DNA of 64,000 nucleotides from an uncultured Candidatus Saccharibacteria bacterium (GCA_949101405.1 CARYFM010000002.1:40621-104620); one strand, 5' to 3'. Numbered from the stretch's first letter, positions 19,910 to 30,305 are shown. The notes: a model not told the origin generated them from the letters alone. Numbers and translations: made by a program.

Positions 19910-20153
19910 TGTTTTCCCTCCTAAAAAACTATTCTCTCAAGATGCTTGGCGAGGTGCCAAAAATGAACCCTCATATCTAATTATAGCACACATACTTAAT
20001 AATGTCAATAGAGAATTATCGAATTTTGTGGTATCATAGTAAAAACAATCGTTCTATTGACAAAATACAAAATCTGTTATAAGCTTAAATTAAGAATTAG
20101 GTTTTGACTATTAGTACATAAAAAATTTGCTGGTTTAGAGTGCATGAATTCAT

Positions 20154-20651
20154 ATGGAGGGATGTAAAATGAAGAAAAAAGGAAGATTTTTGTCGCTATT
20201 CATATTTTTAGCTCTGACATTCCCGGGAATGTCAGTTTGTGCCGCCGAGCAACAAACTGACAGTGCGGATTCAGAAGAAACAACCATTAGTAAAGAAGTA
20301 ATAGATTATTTCAACTCAAACGAAATCTATTACTACAATCCCAACAGCGAAGCTAAAATAAAAGATAACAATGAGCTGATTATTGAAATGGCAAAAGAGA
20401 TTCTTACCCAAAAGCAGGAGATTGCTGACATGCAAATCTTAGTGCAGGTAGAAAAAGCCCAAGTACTTGCTATGCAGGAGCGGGTTACTAATATGGGGAT
20501 AGCACTCTTTATTCTCGCCACAATGCTTGCCACTATCGTCGCCTATAATATCCGTCTGTGGCTCACACGCCACGACCATAAGATGGAAGATAATAGGGCA
20601 GACGGGTCAGTCTCAACTAAGATAAAAGTCATTGATTTTCGTCAGCACTAA
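20154..20651 (+). CDS. Hypothetical secreted/membrane protein
   Basis: Signal-like N-terminus, coiled coil and TM. GGAGG RBS precedes the second ATG. Confidence 0.6.
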   Translation: MEGCKMKKKGRFLSLFIFLALTFPGMSVCAAEQQTDSADSEETTISKEVIDYFNSNEIYYYNPNSEAKIKDNNELIIEMAKEILTQKQEIADMQILVQVEKAQVLAMQERVTNMGIALFILATMLATIVAYNIRLWLTRHDHKMEDNRADGSVSTKIKVIDFRQH

Positions 20652-20717
20652 CCAGTAAATTTTATACACAAAGAGCAGCACCAGCCCGGAGCTGCTCTTT
20701 AAACCGCTCGTCAATTC

Positions 20718-22619
20718 TTACGATAAATCTAGTACACCAATATTTTGCAACCCGCCTGTATTACGTGCTTCTAGTTTAAGATAATGTAAAGCATCCACAT
20801 TTGCAGCTAAATGCCGACCTAGGGCTGCCTGGGCGGCTTTTACATTCTCTGGATCGCCCTTCCAGGTTGCTAACACCGGCTCTTCCAAGGCTCGCGAAAA
20901 CGCAAACGTCACTGGCCAAGGGAACGGTGAATTTTGCATCACTGCAGTCAAATTTCGGGTGGCAGACTTTGGATCCATACCGCCACTCAGCAACAACACT
21001 CCAGCCAGAAACTTCGGCACTGCATGTCGCAAGATCGCTGCCGTAGCCATGCCAATTTCATTTGGTACTGCCTGTGTTTCTGCTCCGCGTCCATTACTAA
21101 TCATGTTGCATTTTAGCAAACAGCCTACCAAATCCACTCGACGTTGTGCTAACTTCTCAAATACCGTATCCAGCACGCGTGCTGTCACTTCGGCCGCTTT
21201 TTCTAGCGCAAAATCTCCACCTGGTAAAATATCAGTCTCTACTACTGGCACCAAGCCTGCCAATTGACATTCCTTTGCAAATCCAGCCAACTCGTCTGCA
21301 TTGGTCTGCACTGCCACAAAGCCCGGCTCATCTTTGGCAATGCGAAACGCTGCTCGCCACTTCGCAAACCGAAATCCCATATTATAGTAATCCCTCAGCC
21401 GCTCCGCTAGTCCATCTTGCCCCAAAGTATGAGTCTCGTCACTATTTTTGAGCGCAGCTAGGCCAAAATCCGCCTTAATCCCAGGTATAATTCCCAAGTC
21501 CGTCACATATTCTAACAACGAGCGACCATTCGGCAACTTCTGCTCCCGATTCTCATCCGACAAAATCACCCCACTAATAGCATCGCGTATCCCAGGTGCA
21601 GTTATCATCATACGGTAAACTTCACGCCGGTTCTGGATATTATTCTTAATCTGGAACTTTTCCAAACGCTTCGCCAAACTATTACTCGACTCATCTACCG
21701 CTAGTAGCCCTTTGCTAGAAGTCATCAGGGAACGAGTAATCAACTTCAGGTTTGCCCGTTTCTCCAGTTCTTTTTTAGCCAGCTCCTGTAACTTCTCCGC
21801 CGAAAGTGTACCATCTAGGCTAGCTTGCTCAGCGTTAATCTTCGCCCAGAGTACTGCATCAGCTGGACTTCCGCCCGCTGTCACTACACCAAGCACAGTC
21901 GCTACAATCGTAGAATACACTGTTAAATGTGTCATCATATCAGCACGATCCAGGCTCCAGCTCTCCTCAGCCTCACCCAGAGTGATTTTGCGCGGACTAA
22001 TATGGCACACTAGCTGCGTATTTGGCTTGTCTAGTTCAACTTTATCCACAATCTTTTCTTCTACATGCACCGGTGGTTCATCTTCCACGAATAGAATATC
22101 TGCCAACTGCGCCAACTTCTGGTCAACTGGTGTGTGTTGCTTGGCTATATGCACCGCCAGCTTAGTACCACCAGAAAACTTCAAGAAATTCTTTAGCTCA
22201 TCCACTAATCGATCGGAAACATTAGTCGAGCGGTCAATCAAAATCCACTCTGGCGTCCCCTTAGGCATCGTCCAATCTGTCGTTTTCCGCTCACTAGGTA
22301 CGAAATAAGTGATCCCACCTTTGTGTGAAAAAATATAACGGTAATCTGCTGGATCGTTCGACCAAGAAATTTCTCCAGCTTTCGTTTCGCTCTTAGAGTT
22401 CAAAATTGCCGCATCCACCCCGAGTTTATTCAAGACTGACAGGGAAACTGCCGCACCGCCAAATACACTCGTCCGCTTAAAAAAGCTATGCGTCTCACCA
22501 TTAAAAGCCAGCTCCAACCAGCTAATACCACGGTCATCTGTTTCAAAATCATTCTGCCGCTCATCTAGCTTTAGATAGACGTCCTTTAGCACGTTCCCAA
22601 TAATCAAAATCTTGCTCAT
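20718..22619 (-). CDS. Fusion of a PfkB-like domain and class I fructose-bisphosphate aldolase
   Basis: N-terminus ILIIGNVLKD...FGGAAVSLSVLNKLG. C-terminus KGLLAVDES, GIIPGIKAD, FAKWR, CQLAGLVPVVE, LLKCNM, FSRAL. Confidence 0.85.
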   Translation of the reverse strand: MSKILIIGNVLKDVYLKLDERQNDFETDDRGISWLELAFNGETHSFFKRTSVFGGAAVSLSVLNKLGVDAAILNSKSETKAGEISWSNDPADYRYIFSHKGGITYFVPSERKTTDWTMPKGTPEWILIDRSTNVSDRLVDELKNFLKFSGGTKLAVHIAKQHTPVDQKLAQLADILFVEDEPPVHVEEKIVDKVELDKPNTQLVCHISPRKITLGEAEESWSLDRADMMTHLTVYSTIVATVLGVVTAGGSPADAVLWAKINAEQASLDGTLSAEKLQELAKKELEKRANLKLITRSLMTSSKGLLAVDESSNSLAKRLEKFQIKNNIQNRREVYRMMITAPGIRDAISGVILSDENREQKLPNGRSLLEYVTDLGIIPGIKADFGLAALKNSDETHTLGQDGLAERLRDYYNMGFRFAKWRAAFRIAKDEPGFVAVQTNADELAGFAKECQLAGLVPVVETDILPGGDFALEKAAEVTARVLDTVFEKLAQRRVDLVGCLLKCNMISNGRGAETQAVPNEIGMATAAILRHAVPKFLAGVLLLSGGMDPKSATRNLTAVMQNSPFPWPVTFAFSRALEEPVLATWKGDPENVKAAQAALGRHLAANVDALHYLKLEARNTGGLQNIGVLDLS

Positions 22620-22724
22620 GCTAACATTATAGCATAGTTCTTTTAGCATTAACGTATTGACTTTTTGCTAAATGTGTGCTACAATAAAAAGAGAACCTGT
22701 ATTCTACATTAACGGAGGTGGATT

Positions 22725-23435
22725 ATGGATACAAGTAACATTAAAAATGAGGAACTTATCGCAATCTACGCCATTGATTATTTCGTTGCATTGTTTGACA
22801 TCAGTACAAACTTCACTTCCACAAGCGAAAAAATTTTGGCGAGGCCAGGATATCGTGATTCTAATTGGGCTAAAAATCTCTTTATCACCATGAGACCAGC
22901 CAACCGTCTTTTATCGAGCGGGCATTATGCCCCCAAAGATGAGTCGGAGCTCAGACTACTCAAAGTTTTAACTTGCGCGTCTGATGCTGATCTCGACGAG
23001 ATACTGAGCCGGGAAATTGTCGCAATATTTTGCGCCGCCGATAATATTTTGGCTAGTATGTATCACGAAAATATTCTCTATAAACAGTATCGGATTGCCA
23101 AGGATAGCCATAAAGACACAAGGCGGTTGCATCGCGCGCAGCTGAGGTTTTCCAAGCTCAAAAAGCATTTTCTCAGCGTGGCATTTGACGGCAATCTCAC
23201 CAAGGTGCAGTCAGAAAAATTCAGAGTAGAGCATTTACCTAGCAAAACCTCAATTTTGCGCGATGCTCTTACTATAGCACCAGTGATTTATCAATATTGC
23301 CCCAGATATTTGACTTCTGATTGGTCGTTGGTAGCCAACATGCGTCAAAAATATCGGAGCCAAATTGAGCTTTGCGAAGCTACAATGAGCATCCCTGACA
23401 TGGAGTTTGAATTCAAAACCAACGGTAAGTTCTGA
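22725..23435 (+). CDS. Hypothetical protein
   Basis: 236-aa ORF with GGAGG RBS, upstream promoter and downstream hairpin. Confidence 0.6.
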   Translation: MDTSNIKNEELIAIYAIDYFVALFDISTNFTSTSEKILARPGYRDSNWAKNLFITMRPANRLLSSGHYAPKDESELRLLKVLTCASDADLDEILSREIVAIFCAADNILASMYHENILYKQYRIAKDSHKDTRRLHRAQLRFSKLKKHFLSVAFDGNLTKVQSEKFRVEHLPSKTSILRDALTIAPVIYQYCPRYLTSDWSLVANMRQKYRSQIELCEATMSIPDMEFEFKTNGKF

Positions 23436-23503
23436 AACAGGCTTGTCCTGAGGACAAGAATAGGGCTAGTTTTCACTAGCCCTAAAAACGTCTATGAAGT
23501 ATC

Positions 23504-23776
23504 TTAACGCACTTCTACGCGTACACGAGGCACGCTCTTGCCAGAAAAATGACATTTCTTAGTTTTGACAAAAGTCACCACGCCATCTTTAGCAGCGTGA
23601 ATAGTGAAATTGCGGCTCATATAAGTGCCTGGACCAGCAATTTTAGTGGCGCCAGTTTGGCGAACCAAAACTTCGCCATTACGGACTTGTTGTCCGCCAA
23701 AACGCTTAACGCCCAAGCGTTGACCAGCATTGTTGTGGATATTTTTGGCGGTACCGCCAGCTTTGACATGCGACAT
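23504..23776 (-). CDS. rpmA: 50S ribosomal protein L27
   Basis: MSHVKAGG, RLGVKRFGGQ, VRQTG. Confidence 0.95.
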   Translation of the reverse strand: MSHVKAGGTAKNIHNNAGQRLGVKRFGGQQVRNGEVLVRQTGATKIAGPGTYMSRNFTIHAAKDGVVTFVKTKKCHFSGKSVPRVRVEVR

Positions 23777-23777
23777 G

Positions 23778-24995
23778 CTATTTCTTCCTTAAAACTATTA
23801 TTTCTCTGGCTACAACTTGCTGATCACGATGATACAACAAATCTTTCTGTCCCAGATTTCTAAAACTCTTTACATTATAGCCCAGATTTTTAATTTCGTC
23901 AAGCAATTTTAAGCGTTCATAATCACCATTTGATCTGAGCCAAGCTGGCACTGCTATTACTACTGGCGTGCCTGATTTAATCTGGGCAGATAGGTTTTTC
24001 AAAAACCCCAGAATAATGCTACTACATTCCTGCTTTTCTTGTTTGAGTTTGATTTCCGCTGGCGGCAAAGACATTGGCCTACCCAGGTAGGTTTCGCAAG
24101 CTACTGCATCAATTGGCGGTTCCCACTGGAAATTTGTTGCATCACCCTGGAAGCAGTTTTGCGCGGGAGACCAGTCATAACTCTCCTCCGAGCACGTTTG
24201 CCTCAGCCCATCGTTACGGGCGAGGCCGTGCTCCAAAAGTGCTCCCCGTTGGTCGCGACTAGGCTCTTGGGAAGACTTATGTCTACCTCCCGCATATAGC
24301 CACTCCAGATTTCTACGGCTATATTCCACCATACGCTCGCTCACATCTGTTCCGTAAGGTTTATAGCCTATCAACGCTGCCTCTTGCAGAACCACTCCTG
24401 TACCGCAAAACGGATCAAGCAAGCGGCTTTCGGCAGGTAAATCCCCACAAAGGTTAATCAAAATCTGCGCTAACTTGGGCGGTAGCATGCCCACCTTAGC
24501 ATCACGTGCCGGTCGCTCTTGGTCGCGGCCAACATAAGCATCAATATTTTGCACGCCAATTACACGATAAAATTTTTTGCCAAACTTAATCAATTCAATT
24601 TTATTTTCCGCAAACAAATGATTATGGAAACTAGTGGCACTAGAAAGTATGGAGGACTTATTCGGTACTACCCTGACACTGTATCCAAGCTTAACCATTA
24701 TCCGTTTCAGTTTCAAAGCCTCTTTTTGCGCCACATAGGCACCGGATCCGCGCGAAAAATCCGACACACCCAAAGTGATTTTTTTATCTTGTGGCAAAGT
24801 TTCCAAAAATTCCAACACAGTACCAGAAATTTCCTTAGCAATTTTTTGCGAACCACCCAGACGGCGAATATTCGGCACACCTTCAGTCTCAAATTCAGCC
24901 AGTTCCACACTCAAAGGTCGCACATTTTGATACAGACTTTCTAACTCTGCCAGAGAAATTAATGGCTGGCGACCTAGTACAGCAAGATATTTCAT
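23778..24995 (-). CDS. TRM11/Trm14-like RNA methyltransferase with an internal in-frame insertion
   Basis: GMLPPKLAQILIN, LDPFCGTG, GTDVS and ETYLG. Confidence 0.8.
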   Translation of the reverse strand: MKYLAVLGRQPLISLAELESLYQNVRPLSVELAEFETEGVPNIRRLGGSQKIAKEISGTVLEFLETLPQDKKITLGVSDFSRGSGAYVAQKEALKLKRIMVKLGYSVRVVPNKSSILSSATSFHNHLFAENKIELIKFGKKFYRVIGVQNIDAYVGRDQERPARDAKVGMLPPKLAQILINLCGDLPAESRLLDPFCGTGVVLQEAALIGYKPYGTDVSERMVEYSRRNLEWLYAGGRHKSSQEPSRDQRGALLEHGLARNDGLRQTCSEESYDWSPAQNCFQGDATNFQWEPPIDAVACETYLGRPMSLPPAEIKLKQEKQECSSIILGFLKNLSAQIKSGTPVVIAVPAWLRSNGDYERLKLLDEIKNLGYNVKSFRNLGQKDLLYHRDQQVVAREIIVLRKK

Positions 24996-25037
24996 ATTGT
25001 CATTATTATAGCATAAAATTTATGATATAATGCCACT

Positions 25038-26114
25038 ATGAGTAAAGACAAACCTAAATTCAAAATTTCTTTTCGCACGATTTTAAGTATTCTAACCTTC
25101 ATTCTCTTGGTCTATGTGGTTTATACTAACTTCGGTGATATTAAAGAAGCAATTTCGCATATTGGTGAGACTAATATTCTCGTTCTGCTTTTACTAATTC
25201 CAGAGCAATTGTTTATGTATTTTTGCTGCGGGCAGATGTTCTTTTCGTACATGCGCGCCAAGAAAGACGCTCAAAAGATTTCACCCTGGACTCTGATGCG
25301 TGTATCCTTGGAACTCAACTTTGTCAATCACGCGGTGCCAGCTGGTGGTTTGGGCGGTCTTGGCTACATCACCTGGCGGCTCAAGCCATTTGGCGCTACT
25401 GCAGGTCAGTCAAGTTTTATGTATGTTTTGCGCTATATAATTACAATTTGCGCCAACCAGCTACAAACTATCGTTGCGATTGTTGCCCTGCTACTTTTTG
25501 GCACTGTACCTACGGCTGGGGCTTGGGTGATTGGTTTTACAGCGTTATTAAGCATTGGGATTATTGCTGTAATTGTAATTATTGTAGCAATTGCTAGTAG
25601 CAAAAAACGTATTGATTGGTTTGCCAAAACTGGTACTAATCTTACTAATTGGCTGGTTGCCAAAGTTACCTTTGGTCGCAAAAAGGACGTTCTTAAGCGC
25701 GAAACAGTCGACAAATATCTTGGTGATGCTCATGGCGATCTAATGACTGCTCGTCGCCACAAAGAGATGTTAATTCGTCCAATTTTGTGGGGTATTGTCT
25801 ATAGTTTTCTCGAAATCGCCACCTATTGGATTGTAGCTGCCAGTCTCGGTCATCCGGAAATTTTACCACAAATTATGATTGGCGAAGCTATTGGCTCAGT
25901 AATGGGTGCTATTGTGCCATATGGTCTATACGAGCTGGGCATGGTGGGTATCATGGCTAGCCTTGGTGTGGATGCTGGTTTAGCGGCACTGGTGGTTTTG
26001 ATGACTCGCGTTATTGTCCTGGCTAGCACGATTATTAGTGGTTATGGTTTTTATCAACACTCGATTTCCAAGATTGGTCGCAAAGAAAAGGCCGAAATCG
26101 AGCATGAGTCTTAG
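25038..26114 (+). CDS. UPF0104/lysylphosphatidylglycerol synthase TM-domain flippase-like protein
   Basis: Multiple TMs, NFVNHAVPAGGLGG, PYGLYE and terminal TR motif. Confidence 0.7.
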   Translation: MSKDKPKFKISFRTILSILTFILLVYVVYTNFGDIKEAISHIGETNILVLLLLIPEQLFMYFCCGQMFFSYMRAKKDAQKISPWTLMRVSLELNFVNHAVPAGGLGGLGYITWRLKPFGATAGQSSFMYVLRYIITICANQLQTIVAIVALLLFGTVPTAGAWVIGFTALLSIGIIAVIVIIVAIASSKKRIDWFAKTGTNLTNWLVAKVTFGRKKDVLKRETVDKYLGDAHGDLMTARRHKEMLIRPILWGIVYSFLEIATYWIVAASLGHPEILPQIMIGEAIGSVMGAIVPYGLYELGMVGIMASLGVDAGLAALVVLMTRVIVLASTIISGYGFYQHSISKIGRKEKAEIEHES

Positions 26115-27195
26115 CCCCACCTTTACAGTTTCCGAATTCGTTGAAGTTTGTAATCAATCCTTAGAATATGCTTTTACGGGAGTAATCGTAGAGGGGGAAG
26201 TAGCAAGTTTCAAGATTAACCAAGGCAAATGGGTCTTTTTTGACCTCAAAGAAGGGGATACTAGTGTTAATTGTTTTATGGCGTTAGAGCAGCTGGGTGT
26301 TGCGCTCAGTGATGGCATGCGGATTCGTGTCTGCGCCACACCTAAACTTACACGGTGGGGGAGATTTTCACTGACTATTCGCACTATTCTCCCGCTTGGT
26401 GAGGGAAACATCAAAAAAAGTTTTGAGGCGCTCAAGCGCCGTCTTGCCGCTGAAGGAGTTTTTGATCCTGCTAAAAAGCGCCCCTTGCCTTCCGTTTTAG
26501 GTAAAATTGGTGTAATTTCTTCAACTAATGCCGCTGGATACCTAGATTTTCTAAAAATTCTTGATAACCGCTGGGGTGGTTTACAGATTTTTACTATCAA
26601 CACCCAAGTCCAGGGTTTGGACGCTCCCAGCCAAATCATGCGCGCACTAGATTATTTTAATCAGCAAGGGCAAGTTGATGTTATTGCCATCATTCGAGGT
26701 GGCGGCAGCGCAGATGATTTGTCGGCTTTCAATGACGAACTATTAGCTCGCACAATTGCTGCCAGTCGCATACCTGTAATTACTGGTATTGGGCACGAGG
26801 TCGATGAGAGTTTGGCAGACTTAGCTGCCGATGTCCGTGCTTCTACTCCATCCAACGCTGCCGAGAGGCTAGTTCCAGACCGTCAAATTGTACAGCGCCA
26901 GTCAAAACTATCAGTTCTGCGTGTTCACCAACGAATTCTTGATGCAATTGATGGAGAGATAGTAAACAATCGTCACCGAGTACAACAAATCGCGCAGCAA
27001 ATTACTCACTGTATTGACCTTCAGTTGCAACACATTCGGGAAACTACCAAGGTTCTCGCTTCGCTCAGTCCAGAAAACACTTTAAAGCGAGGCTATGCCA
27101 TCATCACTGGCAAACTTTCACCAGGAAGTGTTGTAAAAATTACAACATCTGACAAAATCATAACTACTGAGGTAAAGAATGTCACAAATCGCTAA
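26104..27195 (+). CDS. xseA: Exodeoxyribonuclease VII large subunit
   Basis: FTVSE, GEVASF, IGVISS, RGGGSADDL, GIGHEVD, TPSNAAE, LKRGYA. ATG at 26104. Confidence 0.95.
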   Translation: MSLSPTFTVSEFVEVCNQSLEYAFTGVIVEGEVASFKINQGKWVFFDLKEGDTSVNCFMALEQLGVALSDGMRIRVCATPKLTRWGRFSLTIRTILPLGEGNIKKSFEALKRRLAAEGVFDPAKKRPLPSVLGKIGVISSTNAAGYLDFLKILDNRWGGLQIFTINTQVQGLDAPSQIMRALDYFNQQGQVDVIAIIRGGGSADDLSAFNDELLARTIAASRIPVITGIGHEVDESLADLAADVRASTPSNAAERLVPDRQIVQRQSKLSVLRVHQRILDAIDGEIVNNRHRVQQIAQQITHCIDLQLQHIRETTKVLASLSPENTLKRGYAIITGKLSPGSVVKITTSDKIITTEVKNVTNR

Positions 27196-27379
27196 ACAAT
27201 CAATTTCTAGTAAAATTTCTAAGCTCGACCAGACCGTAGAATGGTTTTATGGTGAAGATTTTACACTCGACCAAGCACTGGAAAAATACCAATCTGCTAC
27301 CAATCTTGCAAAGGAAATTAAACAGGATCTTTCAACGCTTAAAAATCAAGTTGAAGTCTTGGCGGACTTTACAAAATAG
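27179..27379 (+). CDS. xseB: Exodeoxyribonuclease VII small subunit
   Basis: 66-aa helical protein overlapping the xseA end, LDQALEKY motif. Confidence 0.85.
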   Translation: MSQIAKQSISSKISKLDQTVEWFYGEDFTLDQALEKYQSATNLAKEIKQDLSTLKNQVEVLADFTK

Positions 27380-27393
27380 GCTATAATAAACAT

Positions 27394-28374
27394 ATGCAGA
27401 ATCAACCGCCTATTTCTGGAAACAACAATCCCGGGACACCAACTGTTTCTGGTGGTCATACTCCTGTGACCCCCCAGGCTGTATCTGCCAATCCTGGTGT
27501 TGCTCAAACTATGTCAGCTCCTGCAGTCGATACGCAGCCTACGCCTAATTTTGCAACTAATCCGCTTGCCACTAATCAAGGAATTATGCCCGACCCTCTA
27601 GATATCCCAACGGGTAGTGTGGTGGCTCCAGTCGCTGCGCAACCCTTTGGTCCTAGTGCTCCTGGCACCACTCCAAATTTTGGCTCCGCGGCATTAACCT
27701 CCAAGCCAGACCCAGTTCCTGCCGCTTCAGCCAAACGTCAGGTAAACCGTAATCTCATTGAGACGATTATCTTGGTGGTCGTTAGCATTATCGCCATAGT
27801 CTTTATCGGTCTTTTTGTCTGGAAATATCTCGAGTGGGATTCGGTCAAAACTGATGTTGATGCCCAAATTGATGCCGCAGTTCAAATGGCAGTTTCCGAA
27901 AACACGACCAAACTCGAGAACGAGTTTGCTGAGCGCGAAAAATATCCTTACAAAAACTTTATGGGTCCTGCCGATTACGGTAGTCTAAGCTTTGAATATC
28001 CCAAAACTTGGAATCTTTATGTTGCTAAAGATGCTTCTAGCGGTGGTGATTTTGAAGCCTATCTTAATCCTGGTGAAGTTCAGCCAGTCAGCAACGCGTC
28101 AATCAACGCTCTTAGAGTGATTATCCGCGATCAAGCCTTTGATAATGTTATTCGCACTTATGATAACCTCGTGCGTAATGGTCGTGTCTCTGTAGTCACA
28201 CGCAATGTGGGCAGCACGATTGCCAATGTCTATACTGGTGACTTACCAAGCAATATCCATGGTACAGTTGCTATATTTAAGTTGCGCGATAAGACCGTTA
28301 TGATTCAAACTGATGCTGCAATTTTCTCGGACGAATATTATCGCTTGCTTGATACCGTGACTTTTGTCGAATAA
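27394..28374 (+). CDS. Membrane-anchored protein with Pro-rich N-terminus and PsbP-like C-terminal domain
   Basis: Low-complexity N-terminus, single TM, SFEYPKTW motif. Confidence 0.6.
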   Translation: MQNQPPISGNNNPGTPTVSGGHTPVTPQAVSANPGVAQTMSAPAVDTQPTPNFATNPLATNQGIMPDPLDIPTGSVVAPVAAQPFGPSAPGTTPNFGSAALTSKPDPVPAASAKRQVNRNLIETIILVVVSIIAIVFIGLFVWKYLEWDSVKTDVDAQIDAAVQMAVSENTTKLENEFAEREKYPYKNFMGPADYGSLSFEYPKTWNLYVAKDASSGGDFEAYLNPGEVQPVSNASINALRVIIRDQAFDNVIRTYDNLVRNGRVSVVTRNVGSTIANVYTGDLPSNIHGTVAIFKLRDKTVMIQTDAAIFSDEYYRLLDTVTFVE

Positions 28375-28391
28375 AATGCTACAATGGACTC

Positions 28392-29081
28392 ATGTCCATG
28401 GAGGTAAGTGGTATTTTGGTGGCGGCGCACGAGCTCAAAGCGCCACTTTGTTTAATTCGCCAGCTCACGTTAGCTTTGGGGGTTGCGAATAGTGATTCCG
28501 CTAAGCAACGTTTAGAGTCTCAACTAGTGGAAGTCTCCGAGCGTGCTCTGCGTCAAGTTGAAGATTTGTCCAAAATTGCTCGCCTTGAGGATGGCCTATT
28601 TGCCACCGAGCCAGTCAGTGTCCGCGGTATTTGTGAAGCGGTCATGCGTGAAATTTCGCCACTTTTCCAGTTTGAACATCGGAACCTTACGACTGTTTAT
28701 TCCAACAAATCTCGCCTCGCAGCCGCTAATCGTGAATTACTATATAGTATTATTTACAATTTTTGCGTTAATGCCGTACGCTACTCCGATTGTCAAAGTT
28801 CTAGTCAGCTTTCTGTTTCCGATAATCGCGGGCGCATTCGTGTCAGTGTACGTGATTATGGCCCAGCGCTGCCTGTCAAAATCTGGCACGACCTTCAATC
28901 TGGTGTCCTACTTAAACCCACTAGCATTACGATGCGTCCAGGCAGTTCTGGGCTTGGTCTCTATATCGCCTCACAATTCGCCCAGCACATGCATGCTAAA
29001 TTAGGCGCAATTCGTCATCGCGATGGTACCAGTTTTTACATTGATTTACCAATTTCTAAACAGGCGGCACTGCCGTTTTAA
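28392..29081 (+). CDS. Histidine kinase lacking a sensor domain
   Basis: AHELKAPL H-box, NFCVNAVRY N-box, DYGP and GLGLYI G-boxes. Confidence 0.85.
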   Translation: MSMEVSGILVAAHELKAPLCLIRQLTLALGVANSDSAKQRLESQLVEVSERALRQVEDLSKIARLEDGLFATEPVSVRGICEAVMREISPLFQFEHRNLTTVYSNKSRLAAANRELLYSIIYNFCVNAVRYSDCQSSSQLSVSDNRGRIRVSVRDYGPALPVKIWHDLQSGVLLKPTSITMRPGSSGLGLYIASQFAQHMHAKLGAIRHRDGTSFYIDLPISKQAALPF

Positions 29082-29089
29082 GGAGGAAA

Positions 29090-29638
29090 ATGAGTTTAAT
29101 TTATATTATCGAAGATGAACCAATTATGGCTGACTGTATTGCTGCGGCCATTGCTGGTATTGCGGAAGGTTCAAACGACATTGCCGTTTTTAATGATGGC
29201 GTTAGCGCCATGGAGGCAGTAAATGAACGCCTACCAGACGTAATTTTATTGGACATCATGCTCACTGGTCCAAACGGCTTTGCTTTCCTCAACGAAATGA
29301 TTTCTTATCCCGATACGGCAAAAATCCCAGTAATTTTAATTTCCTCTTTGGATTTATCCAAGCGTGATTTATCGCATTACGGTGTAGTGCAAACGCTCGA
29401 CAAAGCCAAGATGACCCCCGAAGATATCTATGCCGCCATTAAATCCGCCTTGCAAAATGATACTACTACCAAGAATACCACAAGCGTTGATACTCTAGCC
29501 AATATCCCGGACGCTATTGCTGAACCAATTATTCCCGAAAGTGTTCCACCTGTTGTTATCCCAGAAAATCCAGTTGTTAGTCTTGACGATTTTAAACAAA
29601 AACTTGCCGACAGTAATCAAGCCTCAGATGCCAAGTGA
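29090..29638 (+). CDS. Response regulator (receiver plus low-complexity tail)
   Basis: IIEDE, PDVILLDIML..PNG, PVILIS and K motif. Confidence 0.88.
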   Translation: MSLIYIIEDEPIMADCIAAAIAGIAEGSNDIAVFNDGVSAMEAVNERLPDVILLDIMLTGPNGFAFLNEMISYPDTAKIPVILISSLDLSKRDLSHYGVVQTLDKAKMTPEDIYAAIKSALQNDTTTKNTTSVDTLANIPDAIAEPIIPESVPPVVIPENPVVSLDDFKQKLADSNQASDAK

Positions 29639-30305
29639 CATTCGTACGCGCGCTATCGTTTTACGCCGTACTAATTACGGCGAATCCGATCGCATCTTAA
29701 ATCTTATTACGCCCGAGGGTAAGGTTGCAGTTTTGGCGCGTGGCGTGCGCAAATCCAAATCTCGCCTTGCGGGCGGGATCGAGCTGTTTTCAGTGGCTGA
29801 TGTCGTGGTTCATCAAGGTCGTTCCACTTTAGGTACCCTCACCAGTGCCAAAATGCTGAGTTTTTATAGTAATCTGCTTGCTGATGTTTCCAAACTAGAA
29901 CTCGCCGGCACACTATTAAAACGTCTTGACCGTGCTTCCGAGCAAGTCCCCAGCCCAGAACATTTCACAATTCTACAGCAATCGCTTGAAGCCTTAAACG
30001 ACGACTATTCTAATGAATTAGTTTTTGCTTGGTTTGCGCTTAATCTCGCTCGGTCTAACGGGGAAGAAATCAATTTCTTGCGCGACACTAGTGGAACTGA
30101 ACTCAGCCCCGACCTTTCATATAATTGGGATACCGTAGAAAATGCCCTACGTCCAGATTCTCATGGCAAGGTAGACGCTAAGGCTATAAAACTAGCACGT
30201 TTTTTACTGTCTCATCCACTCCGTTTTGCATCCAAAATCGAACACCTCTCCACAGTTTTACCGCCAATCTACGAAATCGCTAAAATTGTCCATAATCAGT
30301 ATTGA
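29628..30305 (+). CDS. recO: DNA repair protein RecO
   Basis: AIVLRRTNYGESDRIL, ARGVRKSKSRL. ATG at 29628. Confidence 0.92.
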   Translation: MPSDIRTRAIVLRRTNYGESDRILNLITPEGKVAVLARGVRKSKSRLAGGIELFSVADVVVHQGRSTLGTLTSAKMLSFYSNLLADVSKLELAGTLLKRLDRASEQVPSPEHFTILQQSLEALNDDYSNELVFAWFALNLARSNGEEINFLRDTSGTELSPDLSYNWDTVENALRPDSHGKVDAKAIKLARFLLSHPLRFASKIEHLSTVLPPIYEIAKIVHNQY

